Of a stretch of DNA of 64,000 bases, positions 48,851 to 62,829 are shown piece after piece; the stretch's first letter is position 1; each line of letters starts with the position of its first letter. The DNA is taken from assembly GCF_018977255.1 (NCBI RefSeq), contig NW_024704742.1:49850001-49914000 (forward strand). Direction: 5' to 3'. A program made the translations under genes and the position numbers. The notes beneath the pieces were generated by a model. That model saw nothing but the letters and a program-made list of their open reading frames with translations. It was not told the DNA's origin and searched no databases. The DNA is from Callorhinchus milii (lineage: Eukaryota).

Positions 48851-50039
48851 ATACTTTAAGAACAAAATGTTTGATGATGTAAGAATAGGTAGAGAATGAG
48901 AATAACAAATATACCATTGGAAACAATGATTTTTGTACTGCAAGATGGATAAGATATTGCATGACTTACATCCACATCTGAACCATGATCATGGGCATGT
49001 AGATAGTTCAGCATCTGGTTAGCATTATAAAATAACAAAAATAATCCTTGCACTTGATACAACAGCCTTTTATGTTGGGAGGATGTCTCAAAGCACATCA
49101 CTTTGCTGTTCCTTGCTTGTTTTGTAAACCAACTGCATATGTTACTGTACTATACTGTAATGTTACATTAATCTATTTATTTATATCTCTGCCTACAAAA
49201 TGAGGATTACTATATTCTTCAAACATGGGTCATTATCTTTCTAGACGGATTCCCCCACTCCTGGATTGTGTCCAACTGTCTCTCATGCTTTCTTTTTTTA
49301 GTTCCACATCCTAGCTCCAAACATTTGCATAGTGCATCGCATGACATCAGAGAGAGTATATGTTTTTTTAAAAAACGGTGAGATTTACAAGGGGTTTGAT
49401 AGGAAAAAAATGAAGAAAAAACAAACCAAACAAAATAGGTTTTGTAAAATGCATGGAATGTCGCAGGTGCTGTGTGCACAGATGAGAACATCCAGGAGAG
49501 CTGTGCTAGTTCAATCTGCCTGAGGGTGTGTAAGTATACAGTCATGCTGGATCTAAGGAGTTGTTTTAGAAGACGCAAGAGATAGTTTCTGGCAGGAAGG
49601 ACTGTACTTTCTGTTGACACAGGCTTAATAGAAAGGCTAGCAATTACTGACTATTGATTTTTGTTCTTGGCTTAATCTTCACTGCATAGTAAGTAACAAA
49701 TTAACATGGTGGGTCAACATGTTATGTTGTTTAAACACCTAGTGTAACAGAAAAACCTGTAGCTAAAATTATTTTTGAAAGGTGAATCACAGAACACCAG
49801 AAGCCATTTGCAGTCCATTGTTTCTGTACTATCTTTGAAATTTCAGCCTTCAATGCAACATTTGGCGTAAAAAATATTAAATGGGATTGAAAAATTAAAC
49901 CCAAAACATTACTTTAGAATGCATCACAGCAATAGAAGAAGAGGACATAGTTTTAGAGTTGCAAAGGCCAATTTCAAGACAGTTGCCAGAATATTTTTCT
50001 TTACTCAGATAATAAACTTAACTGTGCAATCTTCTCAAA

Positions 50040-50394
50040 CCTTGCCAGCCCACCCACTCCCTCCATTCGGCAGGCATTGGCCTGTTACACGTCCCTTACC
50101 TGCCCAACACACCATCAGTGTGCAAGCTTTCAGCCTATTTGCCCTACTCTCTGGAACTCCATCTCATAGTCCCTTTGCTGCACCCCTTCACTTGCCTTGT
50201 TCAAGGTCTGTCTCAAGACCTTCCTCTTTTACAGTTCTTTCGGCCATCTCCCCACCCTGCCTCCCACCCGTGCGCTCCTTGGCCTCCGCCCCTCATGAAT
50301 CAAAATCCCAGTCCCAGATGTTAAACCTTGATTGTCCAGCACCTTGGATATCCTCCCAATGTGAAAGGTGCTATATTAATACAATATGTTGTTG
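50040..50394 (+). mobile_element. older L2 3' end
   Basis: gctttcagcc...ctctggaactcc...tctcaagaccttcctcttt; tail ggatatcctcccaatgtgaaaggtgc. Confidence 0.85.
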
Positions 50395-50916
50395 CACATT
50401 TATATCGTGCCTTCCATATCGGGAGGACATCCCAAAGTACTTAGCAATCCCGGCTTGTTATCCAGTCTGGGGATAGGAGTTGAAGAATGTAATTTACATG
50501 ATGAACTAATGACAGAAATCAAACATTCTAAACTAGCATTCGTCAGCATGTCTTGCAAGATATTTTCAGTTTGTTAACAGCCAGTAAACACCGGGTGAGG
50601 GAATCAATCTCTGCTCTGGATCAGCATAATTGCTAGATTGAATAGGGGTGCAGCATTAGACTCAGTTTAACATTTCTTCCAATAAGATAGGAGGTTTTAT
50701 TCTTTGAAATGAACATGGAAAATACATTGCTGTGATAGTATGTTTCCCTACAATAGTGGTAACATTAATTTTCAAGTTAGAAAGGAATCCATTACTGCAT
50801 GAATAGTACAAAAACTGGAAAAGTTAGTAGTGGAAACAAACATTGAAGAACCTGGAAGGTGGAGGTATATAAAATAAATGTATTATTATTGATGCATTAC
50901 TAACTAATAAATATTA

Positions 50917-51284
50917 GTGGAGTCCTGTAGCTCAGTGGTTAGAGCACTCATCACAATAGTGAGAGACTTGTGTTCGATTCCCCACAGGCCAAAATGTTGA
51001 GCAAGTTTCCTTACTCCACAGGCCTGTTTACCTAGCAGTAAGTAGGAACCCGGCTGTTAGTCGAGTGGTGGGTCACTTTTCTGGGAATAATAATCCTTCA
51101 AAGAAAATAATAATTTGACCACTCAATCCACGACTGTTTGTGGGACACTGCTGTGTTCAATTGGCTGCCATGTTTCGCCCACAAATGTACAGTCAGTTCA
51201 CTTTGCAGTATATTCGGTGAAGCGTTTTGAGATGTCTAGAAGACATGAAAACCGCCATATCAAATGCAAGGATTATTATTATTA
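50917..51284 (+). mobile_element. full-length tRNA-SINE
   Basis: gtggagtcctgtagctcagtggttagagc; B box gttcgattccc; ATT tail. Confidence 0.92.
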
Positions 51285-51729
51285 CTTTGTAACTATCTTG
51301 CCATGTTCCTGGCATCATATCAGGGGAAATGATAAATTGAAAATGTAACATGACAGGTGATGGAGGTCATGAGATGGACCTTGAACGAGGTGAGGCTATT
51401 GTTGTCACGTACACTGTGAACTAAAGGCAGAAATCAACCATCTTAAACCAGCATTTGTAAACATGTCCACATCAGCACCTCATGCTGCTGAGATGGAGGG
51501 TTTATTTTTAGGAGGTTTTTAAAACCCAGGCTGTGCTATCATGTGGCTCTTAAGCACACCAGTTGTACCTTAATAATGCAAAACAGTGTATTACAGTATA
51601 TTCTGTGAAACACTTTGAGAAGTCTCAAAGACGTGATAAGGTGCTATATCAAATGCAAGGATTATTATTATTAAAACCGGGCTGTCCATTTTGACTGTCT
51701 GATCATCACCTAGATTATAATAATCAACA

Positions 51730-52160
51730 TTAATAATCCTTACATTTTATACAGTGCCTTTCATGTTGGGAGGACATTTCAAAGTGCTGCATGGATACAC
51801 TGTAAAGTGGAGTGACTGAGTATTTGTAGGTAAATGCAGAAGCCCATCTGTGCACAGCAATGTCTCACAAATAGAAATGAAGTGTATGACCTCTTCTCTT
51901 TAATTTGGGACATTGTTGGCCAGGACACTGAGGGAAACTCCTTTCCTCTTAAAATAGTGCTATAGGATTTTTAAAGTCCACCTGAATAGAATCATAGAAT
52001 ATTACAGCCATTCAGCCCATTGTGTCTCTGTCGGCTCTTTGGAAGAGCTACCCAATCAGTCCCAATACCCCGCTCTTTCCCCTTAGCCTTGCAAATTTAT
52101 AGAATAGGTAGATGGGATTTCAATTTAACATCTCATCCAAAGGACGGCATTGCCGGCATT
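51730..52160 (-). mobile_element. Deu-domain SINE interrupted by a CR1 3' end (51990-52101)
   Basis: gtccacctgaatag | CR1 atcatagaat...gccattcagcccat | gaataggtagatggg...tttaacatctcatccaaaggacggca. Confidence 0.8.
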
Positions 52161-52454
52161 GTCGGTAAAGTGGAGTGACTGTATGTTTTGTGGGCAAAAG
52201 TGTTTTGTTGGTTATTAAATAAGAAAAAAGCTATTCAAAGAATTCATTATTTAGATGCTAAACAATGACAGAATCACCCTTGGCTCAAAATTACAGAACA
52301 ATACAATTTACAACAACAACTTGCATTCATGTAGCACCCTTCATGCAGGGTATTGTCCCAGAGCGCTTGGTTTACACTTATATTGCACGTTTCACATCTG
52401 GAGAACATATTAAAGTGCTTGACAAGTTCCATTCAGTCTGTAAGATCATATTGT

Positions 52455-52692
52455 GTTAAAAAATTAAAATTGTGCAGAATTATGAACATTTCTCAACTTT
52501 TGTCTTAAAATTAAGTTTGCACAGATTTAGATTCTCAGATTCATCTTACTCTGGAAGATAGTTGATTTTAAGAACTGCATAGGACACACCTTTGTTTAAG
52601 ACTTCATTTAAAGAAATGTCCACAATTCTGCACAATCTTTAATTTTAAGCTAAATGTTACGGATACACTAACACTAGGTGGAATTTCAGACC
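52455..52692. mobile_element. MITE-like element with long inverted repeats
   Basis: ttaaaaaattaaaattgtgcagaattatgaacatttct pairs with agaaatgtccacaattctgcacaatctttaattttaa; related sequence at 38488-38572 and 38780-38815. Confidence 0.7.
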
Positions 52693-55284
52693 ATTTGTAA
52701 GTTATATCATATTTTTTGAAGGTTCTATTTTGATGTTGGAGAACAACAAATCAATTGAAATACTTGTACTATGAACCTGCCTAATTAACTTCTCTGCCCA
52801 TTATTGCAGCTCAAATCCTACTGGGGTTGCAGTTTACACACAATTAAAACCGATTGTTGCAATGGATGTTTCTTAGTCACAGCTAGATGGAGTTGTTAAT
52901 TATTCAGAACCAGAATAATGAGTTTGTTAGTAATAAACAACACTGGGATTTTGAACTCATTGTCCGGGGTGACAATACAGTGAAGTGCTGGGAGTGTGCG
53001 ACATGTTTAAAGGTTTTATCCTTCAGTTGAGCCATTAAACCAAGATCTTATCTGTCTATTCATGTGTACATTAAAGATCCCATGGCCAATCTAGTATTAC
53101 TCCTGCAATTCCCATGTGTGTGTGTGAGATGACTAGATTAGATGAAATAGGTTCTTTCTTTTTATATAATTCATTATCTATTATTATTAAATGGAAAATG
53201 TGGAGAACTCTGCATGCTCTCAAAATTCCGGTAATCAAAGCTGATCCATTTTTTCAATAATATTAAAGAATCATCTCTTGACCAATAACATTAAAATGAT
53301 TAAAGCCTATCTATCATTTTAACTTCAATTTTTTTAAAAATCTGCTACCATAGAAATTGATCTATATTGTAGCCACTGCATTCATTCATTTCCTGAAGCC
53401 TGCTTTATACTACACTTTTAGCATTTATATTAACAATGCACTTTAAAAGGTATAAGTGCTTTAGAACATTAAACATAATTGCAATAATAAACCATTGAAA
53501 AGTGCCTAGACATGAAACAGTGCCTGAAATTCTGTTTGTATAACAAAACAGAATTCCTCCATTTCTAACCATTGGAAAAAACATACTGTCTACTTAAGGT
53601 GAGATAGAAATTTTATCTGTGTCTAGATTTACTGTACTTTGTAGCATTTCAGAGCATCCAGTCCCCTTAGCCCAATTACCATAGTAACGATTTGGCTCTC
53701 ATTTCGAAATCTCCTCTCAGTCTGTTCTCTTACTCCTCTGGCTCCTTTTTGAACTTTAAACATCTCACTCTCTATCATTTCTCTTATCACTTCTTTAATA
53801 TCTTCATTGCCTACTGCTCTTCAAAATCACTCAATGCCTTTACTCTGCCCTACCCTTCCTCAGGTTCTGCAGCATCTCCTCATCTTGCAGGATTTTAACC
53901 TCTACTTCAACCTTGCTGTCTCAGTTCCACTGAATGCTCTGTTTTCATCGTTGACCTCAACCCCACCCTTCACATGAACTTCCCAACTCACACTCACAGA
54001 CATACTATTTGTCCTGGTCATCACTCAAGGTCTCTCCATCTCTGATAAAGCAAGCTCAGAACATTCGTCAGCTGTTATAATCCCTTTCCCACAATCGAGT
54101 CCTCCACCATTTCCTTCTGCCTTGGGAGAAAATACTGCTAACTTCTACACAAAACTCTCAAGTCTTATGAAGTCCTTCTACTCTGGCCCTCTACTCGTCA
54201 TGATCTCAACACATCTATTGAGTTACTCAATAGCTTCCTCACCTTTATTCTCTACTAATTGCACTTACAATTCTCTGTGTGTAAAAAAACTCTTAAGCTA
54301 TTCTTTTGCTCTTCTTATGACTATCTTATAACTATGTCTTCTAGTCACTGACTTCCCTACAAGTGATAATAGATTCTCTCTATTTACTCTGTCAAAGTCC
54401 TTCATAATTTACTATACCTCTATCAAGTCCCCTCTCAATATCCTTTGCACCAAAGAAAACACAACCAACTTCACCGTCTCTCCTCATAACTATCTGAAAT
54501 TAGACTGGTGAGGCAGTATACACAGTTTCCAAACTGTGTTTTAAAATAAAGTAGGGTAAAGTTAAGATTAGCCTTCTTGGACTTCCACCAATTTGTGCAA
54601 ATTAAAATATCAAATCCCATCAAAAGGCTCTAGTGGAGAGGCTATAACCTGTACATCTTTGGACTTGGGCACAATGTCAATCAGTCTAACTGGCAAAATC
54701 TGCTGTACAAAACGTTAAAAATTACTAACTGAATAGTCAAATTGGATCCAACACATTGCCTCCTGGGTTTTCCCATTGTGAGCCCTTGCTTCAACTGAGC
54801 ATGAATGTGTTGCTGGGCGTCCTCCCAACTGCATCTAGTGGTGTATCGTATTGTAGTTGAGACAAACCCCAGGCTGTCAAAGTGGAGTGAATTACTATGA
54901 ATTACAATTACAGTACTATGAAACAGACAAATTTGAAAAGAAAACATGTAACAAAATTTCCACATGTAAATGGCATGCAAATGTGGAGCTATTAGTCTGG
55001 TTTGGGTATAGTTAAGCACGATGATGGGTTTCCACAAGCATTAGACATTTGGCTGAACAGAAATCTCCAAATCGAATTTCCCATTTCTAGCCAAATGGCA
55101 ATGGCAAAGGCAACACAACAGAATGAAGCAGAATAACACTTAACCCATAAAATTAATAAAAATTCATTCACAATATGTAAACCAGCTATATCTGTACACC
55201 AGATTTTCGACTCCTTGGTAGCACTCTCACTCTGGGTCAAAAGGAAGTTTAACCGCCCAGGCAAAATGCAATATCAATGTCAAT

Positions 55285-55460
55285 ATCATATTCAAGACTG
55301 AGATCGATAGATTTTTAAAAACTAAAGGGATTAAGAGATATGGGGATAGGGCAGGTAAATGGAATTATATTAGAAGATCAGCCATGATCTTGTTAAATGG
55401 CGGGGCAGGCTCCAGGGGCCAAATGGCCTTCTAATGCTCCTATTTCTTATGTTCTTATGT
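55285..55460 (+). mobile_element. CR1 3' end with (TTCTTATG)n tail
   Basis: ttcaagactgagatcgatagattttt...gatcagccatgatct...cctatttcttatgttcttatgt. Confidence 0.9.
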
Positions 55461-55690
55461 AAGCTACGTGGTATTAGCTGGTTCGACTCCAGCACTACCC
55501 CAACACAAACTCTGGGGTCCCCAAGCCTTTCCGGAATTAGGTAAGCAGGATACGTCCCTCCAGGGAGAGATTGTTCATTCCATCCAACAATCTATCTCTG
55601 GGATTTCCATGTGCAGGTGGATGCAAGCAAATCTCACTTTGGTTTGGATACTCTTTAACATGGTGATGGGTTTCTGTATGTGTCAGATCC
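55461..55690 (-). repeat. family X repeat copy
   Basis: ggtttggatactctttaacatggtgatgggtttctgtatgtgtcaga is the reverse complement of the family X core. Confidence 0.75.
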
Positions 55691-57734
55691 AAACAAAGGC
55701 TGCCAGAAACATTTCCTTTTGAACATCTCATCTGCCTTTGGTCATGTGGCCTCCCCTTATAATTTTCAGAGTGTTCCACTTGATATTTCTCTCTGAATTA
55801 CTGTATCACAAGCTACCAGTTGGGAAATATCACTTTGCATTTCAGTGAAGCCGTTTGCTTAAAAAGAGCAGTGTATTCTTTTGAAGGATGTATCAGTCCT
55901 GTAAAACATATTTTTCTATATTAATGTAATGACAGTATCATTTTTTTGCTTTCCTGGTGCTGTGTCGACAATCAATGGCAGTCTGAAAACAGTTTTAATT
56001 GTTATATAGATATAATAAAGTGATATAGATATAACATATTCAGCATTTCTGAATTGGGTTCAGAGGAATAGCTAGGAACCCAGCCAACATAATTTAAGTG
56101 GCTTTATTTGAACTGATATTTATATTCACCACACGTGCTGTCTAGTCTTCACTTTACTTAAAAAGTGTAAAATAGGTAGATGTAACTCTAAATGTAATTG
56201 GCTTCCTAAAGATGTAACCCTGAATGAGGGCACTGAAATCCTCATCCTAACTGAAGCCTGGCTCACTGACTGTGACAACTTCCTTATTCCCATATCCATC
56301 ATGCTGCTATCACTAATTTCCCTGCTTTGTTCATTTATACATCATTCTTTGGTCAGTCCCCATACTTACATTAGAAAACAGGAACCTAGGATGCCATTCA
56401 GCCCATCCAGTCTGTTTTTGAGCATCTCACCTTCTGCCAATTCTTGGAGATCCATTATTCATTATCCACTGCGTGCCTTATGAAACAGCTTTGGAGTCCA
56501 ATTAGTCAAGGGATTGATGGATTTTTAAAGTCACCCTATTTTTGTTTCGAGTTTATTTTTAATTGTGCTCTTGTATCTTTAAATAAATCATGTACAGAGG
56601 GATAAAATTATCCTGCCAGTAAATTCCAACATTCGCATAGGGAATCGCTTCCTTGGCGAGATGCACAGCACCTGATAAGGCCAATTAAGGCATAGCTCAA
56701 AATGTACTTCTTTGACCGTGCATTCAGTCATCTTTCCCCTCCTCACACCCTTTGCCAGCTCGGGTGCCCAGCCAATAATATTAAGCGCTTAGACGTCCTC
56801 CTGACAAGAAACGTGCTATATAAATGTAAATTGTAATGTATTATATCACATATGACCAGATCATTTTAAAATGTTAAATAAGAAAACTCAAAATGTGGTC
56901 TTGAAACACAAACCCGTTGTTTAATTCAAATCCCACGTACATAATAAGACTTTTAAAAAATAAAATGTCATATTTTGACAGTGATGCAGGACATTTGATT
57001 CTTGGTAATCCAGTGAGGTGAACATGCATCAATAGTATATCTTATCTGCTCTAGACCCTGCTTTGCATTTATATTCAGATTTTGCTGAATTTTGAATTCA
57101 AAGCAACATTTTGAAGAATCCCTTAAATCCTTTTTATTTTGTCCTAACTGAACTGGAAGCACTAAGTTTCATTGCATTCTCTGAACTCTACTCCTGCTTC
57201 AATAAGGACACTTCCCTAATTGAATCAACATTGTTACTCCTCCCAGATAAGAACAATAATAATCCATGCATTTGATTTTGCACCTTATCACGTCATCGAG
57301 ACGTGCCAAAGTACTTCACAGAATATACTGTAAAGTGAATTGACTGTATATTTTGTAAGAGAAACACGGCAGCCAATTGAACACAGCAGTATCTCACAAA
57401 CAGTCGTGGATTGTGCACTGTTCTTGTTAGCAGCAGGTTTCTTTCCTCACACAGGCAGCTACTGGTTACCTTGCCAATGTTTCTTTCTACTCCTGTCTAC
57501 TCCTACTCTTACCTTTCTATTGTCAACATAATTAGCATTACAAAATGTCTAATTCAACACGATAATTTTGAGACACCTACATACCCAGTAATCGTGCTGA
57601 AAGCGCAAGGATTTTTGTTCACATTAAAAATTTCTTATTGAAATTATGTTATAAACATGTTCCATTTAAGAAACTCTTTCCTGTTCTTATGGACCATTTG
57701 TTATGTATTGAGATGTAACCCACGTATGATTTAA

Positions 57735-59370
57735 TCATACGGATGGGCAGCTGCCTCTGCCTAGCTGTCTACTACCCCCTCCCCATCTCCCCCTCTCACC
57801 CCGGCCCCTTCCCATACCTCCCTCCAGACTTTCGAACCTGTCTCCCACTCCTCTCTCATCACCACCATAACCCACAAGAAACCGACCACCAGCTCCCTCG
57901 ACCCCATCCCTACCCCTCTCCTTACCTCCCAGCTCCACCCCCTTGCCCCTCTACTCACAGACATCATAAACTTCTCCCTGTCCAATGGTACTGTTCAGAC
58001 CCCATTAAAAATCGCCTTGATCACTCCAATGCTTAAAAAACCTTCCCTGGACCCATCACTGCTCTCAAACTACTACCCCATCAACCTCCCTTTCCTCTCC
58101 AAGGTCCTGGAATGAGTTGTTGCTTCTCAGCTTCTCTCCTTCCTCTCCGGTCACTCCCTTCTCAAACCCCTCCAATCGGGTTTCTGTACCGCCCACAGCA
58201 CAGAAACAGCCCTGGTCAAAGTGACAAATGACATTCTGTCCATCTGCGACCAGGGCTCCCTCTGCCTCCTCGTCCTCCTTGAACTCTCTGCTGCCTTTGA
58301 CACTGTTGGCCACTTTATCCTCATCCACCGTCTCTCCTCTCACCTCAACCTTCACGGTTCTGCCCCTTTTGGTGACATCATCGCAGACATGGGGTCAACT
58401 TCCACATGTATGCGGATGACACCCAATTCCATCTCTCTGCCTCCACACTTGATTCTAGGACCACTGCTGTGCTGATAGAATGTTTGTCAGACATCAAGCC
58501 CTGGATGAGAGCTAACTTTCTTCAGTTGAACGTCAACAAGACTGAGATCCTCCTAATTGGTCCCATCAGCGCCTCCACATCTCAGGCACTGACAGCATCA
58601 TTATCTCCATCTTACTAAGCTAGTGCGGAACCTTGGCATCTTGTTTGACCCTCAACTATCCTTTCTACCCCACATCCTCGCCATGACCCGCTCTGCCTTC
58701 CCCCACCTCCACAACATCGCCCGGCTCTGCCACTGTCTCACATCGCAGGCCAACAAAACCCTCATTCACACATTCATAACATCCAGGCTTGACTATGCAA
58801 ACTCCCTGCTTGTTGGCCTCCCAACTCCTCCCTCCATAGGCTGCAGATCATCCAGAACTCTGCAACCTGTGTTATCTTCCGCACCAGGCTCCGTGACCCT
58901 ATAATAATAATAATCCTTGCATTTGATAAGCGCTTTTTCACATCTTCTCGCCATCTCAAAGCGCTTCACAGAATAGACTGTAAAGTGAATTGACCGTATA
59001 TTTGTGGGCGACCCCATCAACCCCATCCTTGTTGGACTCCACTGGCCTCCCATCACACAGAGGATACAGTTCAAGATTCTGGTCCTCACTTTCAATGCCC
59101 TCCATGGCCTTACTCCCCCCCACCTCTGCAACCTCCTAACCCCCTACCATCCTGCCCGCTCCCTCTGCTCAGTGTGCTCCGGTCTGCTTCACATCCCCTG
59201 CCTCGCCCACCCCACCATTGGCAGGCGGGCCTTCTGCCACTTTGCCCCCACCCTCTGGAACTCTATCCCGCAGTCCCTCCACCTTGCCCCCTCCCTTGCT
59301 TCCTTCAAGACCCATCTCAAGACCCTCCTTTTCAACTGTGCTTTTGATCACCCTGCTTTCCCCCCAGATT
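57735..59370 (+). mobile_element. L2 LINE ORF2 fragment with RT, internally deleted, carrying a nested SINE
   Basis: LELSAAFDTV, MYADDTQ, DIKPWMRANFLQLNVNKTE, SRLDYANSLLVGLP, RIQFKILVLTF. Confidence 0.95.
58903..59009 (-). mobile_element. 5'-truncated SINE inserted into L2
   Basis: SINE tail flanked by gaccctat (58895-58902) and gaccccat (59010-59017). Confidence 0.88.
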
Positions 59371-60094
59371 GATAAGAAATTGAAGTGTGAAAGGGGAAAA
59401 CGATATGGGAGGAAATTACTACAAAGACTGTAACTTACTGGTCAAAAGAACAGGGCATGAGTATCAAACACATTTAACAACAACGGAGACAATTTAGAGA
59501 TATATAAAGAAGAAATTTGTTGTGAAAAGGTGGGCATTCACTCACTCCCACCTCATCTAAGCACTGACCATTTCTATTCCCCCAATGAGACGGTCTGCTT
59601 GCTAAAGACTAACAAGGGTTCATTGTTATCGTCACTGATAGAAACAAAACAAAAGTTAATTGCAAATTGAAAGCAAACAATTGCAATAACTTAGTTGGTG
59701 ACATGAGTCAAGTAACTGTCATGAATTGTCATGGAACTGAGGTTAGGAGGTGGTTCTTCACTCAGAGGGTTGTGAAGATGCAGAATGCTCTACACTAGAA
59801 AGCTGTAGTGACAGAATTAATATAGATCAATATTTGTTGAAAGAAAGGTACTTCAGATTTTACAGTTTCTTTCGGGTGTGGGAGGATTAGGTGTCAAGGT
59901 GATGGATTCTCAGAATCAAGTCAATGCTGTTTAATAGTAATCTGGTTCCTGAGCCAGGCAGGTTTTCCAGGCAGGTATTCCAGGCTACTGTCAGCCTACT
60001 GTTGTATCAGCCAACCTGTCTTATCGGCAGGACTTAGCGATCACAGGGATTTTTCCCACTCAGCTCCTAATATCCCTGCAAGCCAAAGCCCTAA

Positions 60095-60341
60095 AGTGTC
60101 TTGCCAGACACTGCTTTCAATGGGAAGCTCTAAAGTTTCTGCTAGTTGAACTTCAGCAGAACCACAATCTCCGAAGCTTTGACTCTCACAAAATTGTGCC
60201 TAATACTCTTTGGAATTAGGGAAGCAGTGTGCATATTCCATTCCAGACTACATGTAAATTTTCACGCAGCATTGTTGGCATACACATATATGATTCGATA
60301 CATTTGAACATGATGATGACATTCCACATGTGTCAGACACC
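60095..60341 (-). repeat. family X repeat copy, diverged
   Basis: gatacatttgaacatgatgatgacattccacatgtgtcagacac. Confidence 0.6.
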
Positions 60342-62144
60342 CAGCAACAAAATCTATAAAATGCATTGAAGCTGGAAGCTCAAACACATAGGTATGCTGA
60401 ACTGATGGCAAATTCAATGTGAGCATTTATATGTAATAATTCCTGAAAGTATGAAATCAGTATCAACACCTTATCAAACATTTAATTTAAGATGAATCAT
60501 ATTAACTATTTTTACATGTCAACAAATTCCGACACATTTGCTGGCAAGGTCTGTTGTAAAACCATATTGATTTAGACTTTCTGCCTTTTCGCTCTCAGTA
60601 ATTGTACTTGAATGAATTCATTTCATAAGACCTACATTAGTTCTAAATACAGCTGGAAGCTAATTGGACTATAGATGCATTAGTTATTTTCCAGTCTTTT
60701 GGATAGAAAGCTGTGCCCAGTGATCTGTAGAACATTTTTACCACAGTAATCCTAAGTGTACTGTGATTTGTTTAAGTACGCTGAGATGTATTTTTTCAAT
60801 CCTGCTGTTTTACAAATATTTCAGTAATATTAGAGTTTCAATAGTAATTTCATCACCAACATCATGAAAATTGATAGATCCAAACAGGGCAAAAAATTGA
60901 AAGCTATGCTATTCTATTCCTCCACTTCTATCCCATTTATATTTCCTTTGAGGTCCTAATAGTTAGCTACAAATATAATTTTTATTTCTCTTAATTCCCA
61001 TTGTAATTCATTGTTTGACTTTTTTCTCTTTTCGTCCTCCACTATAACTTAATATCTGTTCCTTGACTATTATTGTTTAATACCCTTCTTCCTCTGCTTT
61101 AGCTTTTTTAAAAGATATTTCTGTTTTGATGTATTTGATGTATTTAAGTGATTGCTGACTAATTTGCATCAACCCCAGTAAGTTTATTTTTTCCCCTATG
61201 ATTTCTCAATTTAATCTTTCCAATCTGATCCTTGTGCTCAAACATCCACAGCATTGCATAGCATGACTTTCAACTCCCGACATGGGGTTTGCGGAGAGAA
61301 GGTTACCAGAAGAACTAGACTGATACTCCTACTTTAAGTATAAAAACATGAGAAATTTGGTCCCAGATGTTTAGAAGGTTCTCTGAACCTTCTGTGGATA
61401 CAATTTTGTTCTTTGTTTTTGGACCTTTTCTTCCCTTCAATCCTGCCATCTCTTTAATCCGCACACCGATTTTATCTGAAAGTCTTTTCAATCTTACCTC
61501 CTTGGATAACACAGTGCAATATATGGTATTTCTTACAGACTTATAAACACCCACTGTTGAAGCTGCAGTGTGCTGTATACATCCCTGAGATTTACTTAAA
61601 CGATGATTTAAATATCCTAGGTTCAGCATGCCTCAGAGCCGCTGGAAACGTGATGTCTTGTCTTAATTGGCTTCAAACATCAAATAAGTGTCTTAATTGC
61701 TTTATTGAACTGTGTTTTTTGTAAGGCAACTTGGAACATTTTGTTATGTTTAAAGAGGTGAAATGTCCCTACCTCTGAAGCTCTAAATTTCCGCTTGTCA
61801 TTATTCATTTTTAAATTTTATATGAAGAAAGATAATTGATCCTAAGAAGTGTTCCAGCAATAGCTTTATAATGGTTTCCTTCCTTTTCTGAACGATCTCC
61901 TATTCCTGTTTCACTGGAAGTCAGCATACATGTATAATTGGTAATTAATAATTTCCCTGTTCCTGAAGTTGGTTTTATCTGCTCAGGTAATTACATGTCT
62001 TTTTTTTTCTTTTGTCCCTGTGGATGATAGCAATTTCCAGTTGTTCATTTCCTTCTCTTGGCGTCACAAGTTTTTACTCAACTCGATTCAGACCTTCTGA
62101 TCTCTGAGGTCAAAATTCTTGCTGGAAAGTGACAAATAAACAAA

Positions 62145-62495
62145 TAAATTACGTTTGTATAGCATAATGGGAGAATGTCCCAAGGTGCTGGACAGTCAGG
62201 GATTTGCATCCGAACAGGGGGTTGGGATCAGGAGGGGTGGAGGAAAGGGAGGGTGGGGGTAAAAGGTTGACCAAAGATGCAATCAAAGAGGAAGCTCTTG
62301 AGAGAGTCGTTGAAGGAGGCAGGGGCGGGGAGGGAGGTGAAGGGACTGTGGGATAGATTTTGAACTCTATCCTCTTGGGGATGGGGAGCCCGTGGAGTCA
62401 GGCGAGGATGGGGTGATAGGGTCACAGATCTTGGTGTGGGAGAGAACAAGAGATGCAGAATTCTGAATAATCTGCAGCTTGTTGAGGGAAGAAGT
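62145..62495 (-). mobile_element. L2 3' end, internally deleted
   Basis: Tail aaattacgtttgtatagc...gtcccaaggtgctg; LKSFLFD. Confidence 0.85.
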
Positions 62496-62611
62496 ACACT
62501 TCCCTCCACACTACACTGGACACAGTTGACTAATGGTGCATTCATAACAGTTAAATATAAACCTTGCATTTCATACAGGATTTTTCACATCAGGAAGACA
62601 ATCCACCATTC

Positions 62612-62810
62612 GAATGAGCTGTTAACCGAGGTCTTGTCTGCCTGTTCAGGAGGAGGTTAAAGATCCCTCGACACTATTCGAAAAGAGAAGGGAGATTCTC
62701 CTGGTGTCTTGGCCAACAATTCCCCAAAGTAAAATTGGACATTCTCTACATGGCTGTTTGTGGGACATTGTTGTGTGCAAATTGACTGCCACGTTTGCCA
62801 ACAAATACAA
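62612..62810 (+). mobile_element. Deu-domain SINE fragment
   Basis: gttaaccgaggtcttgtctgcctgttcagg...aaagatccc...ctcctggtgtcttggccaacaatt. Confidence 0.75.
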
Positions 62811-62829
62811 TATAATACAAAATGATAGG

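Noticed and set aside
49919..50476. 185-aa ORF
   Set aside because: Chimera of CR1 and off-frame L2 remnants.
54681..55037. 118-aa minus-strand ORF
   Set aside because: Begins in a family X repeat; no family recognised in any frame.
61315..61629. 104-aa Lys-rich minus-strand ORF with an internal GAG/gtaag donor
   Set aside because: No recognisable domain and no consistent acceptor-donor pair.
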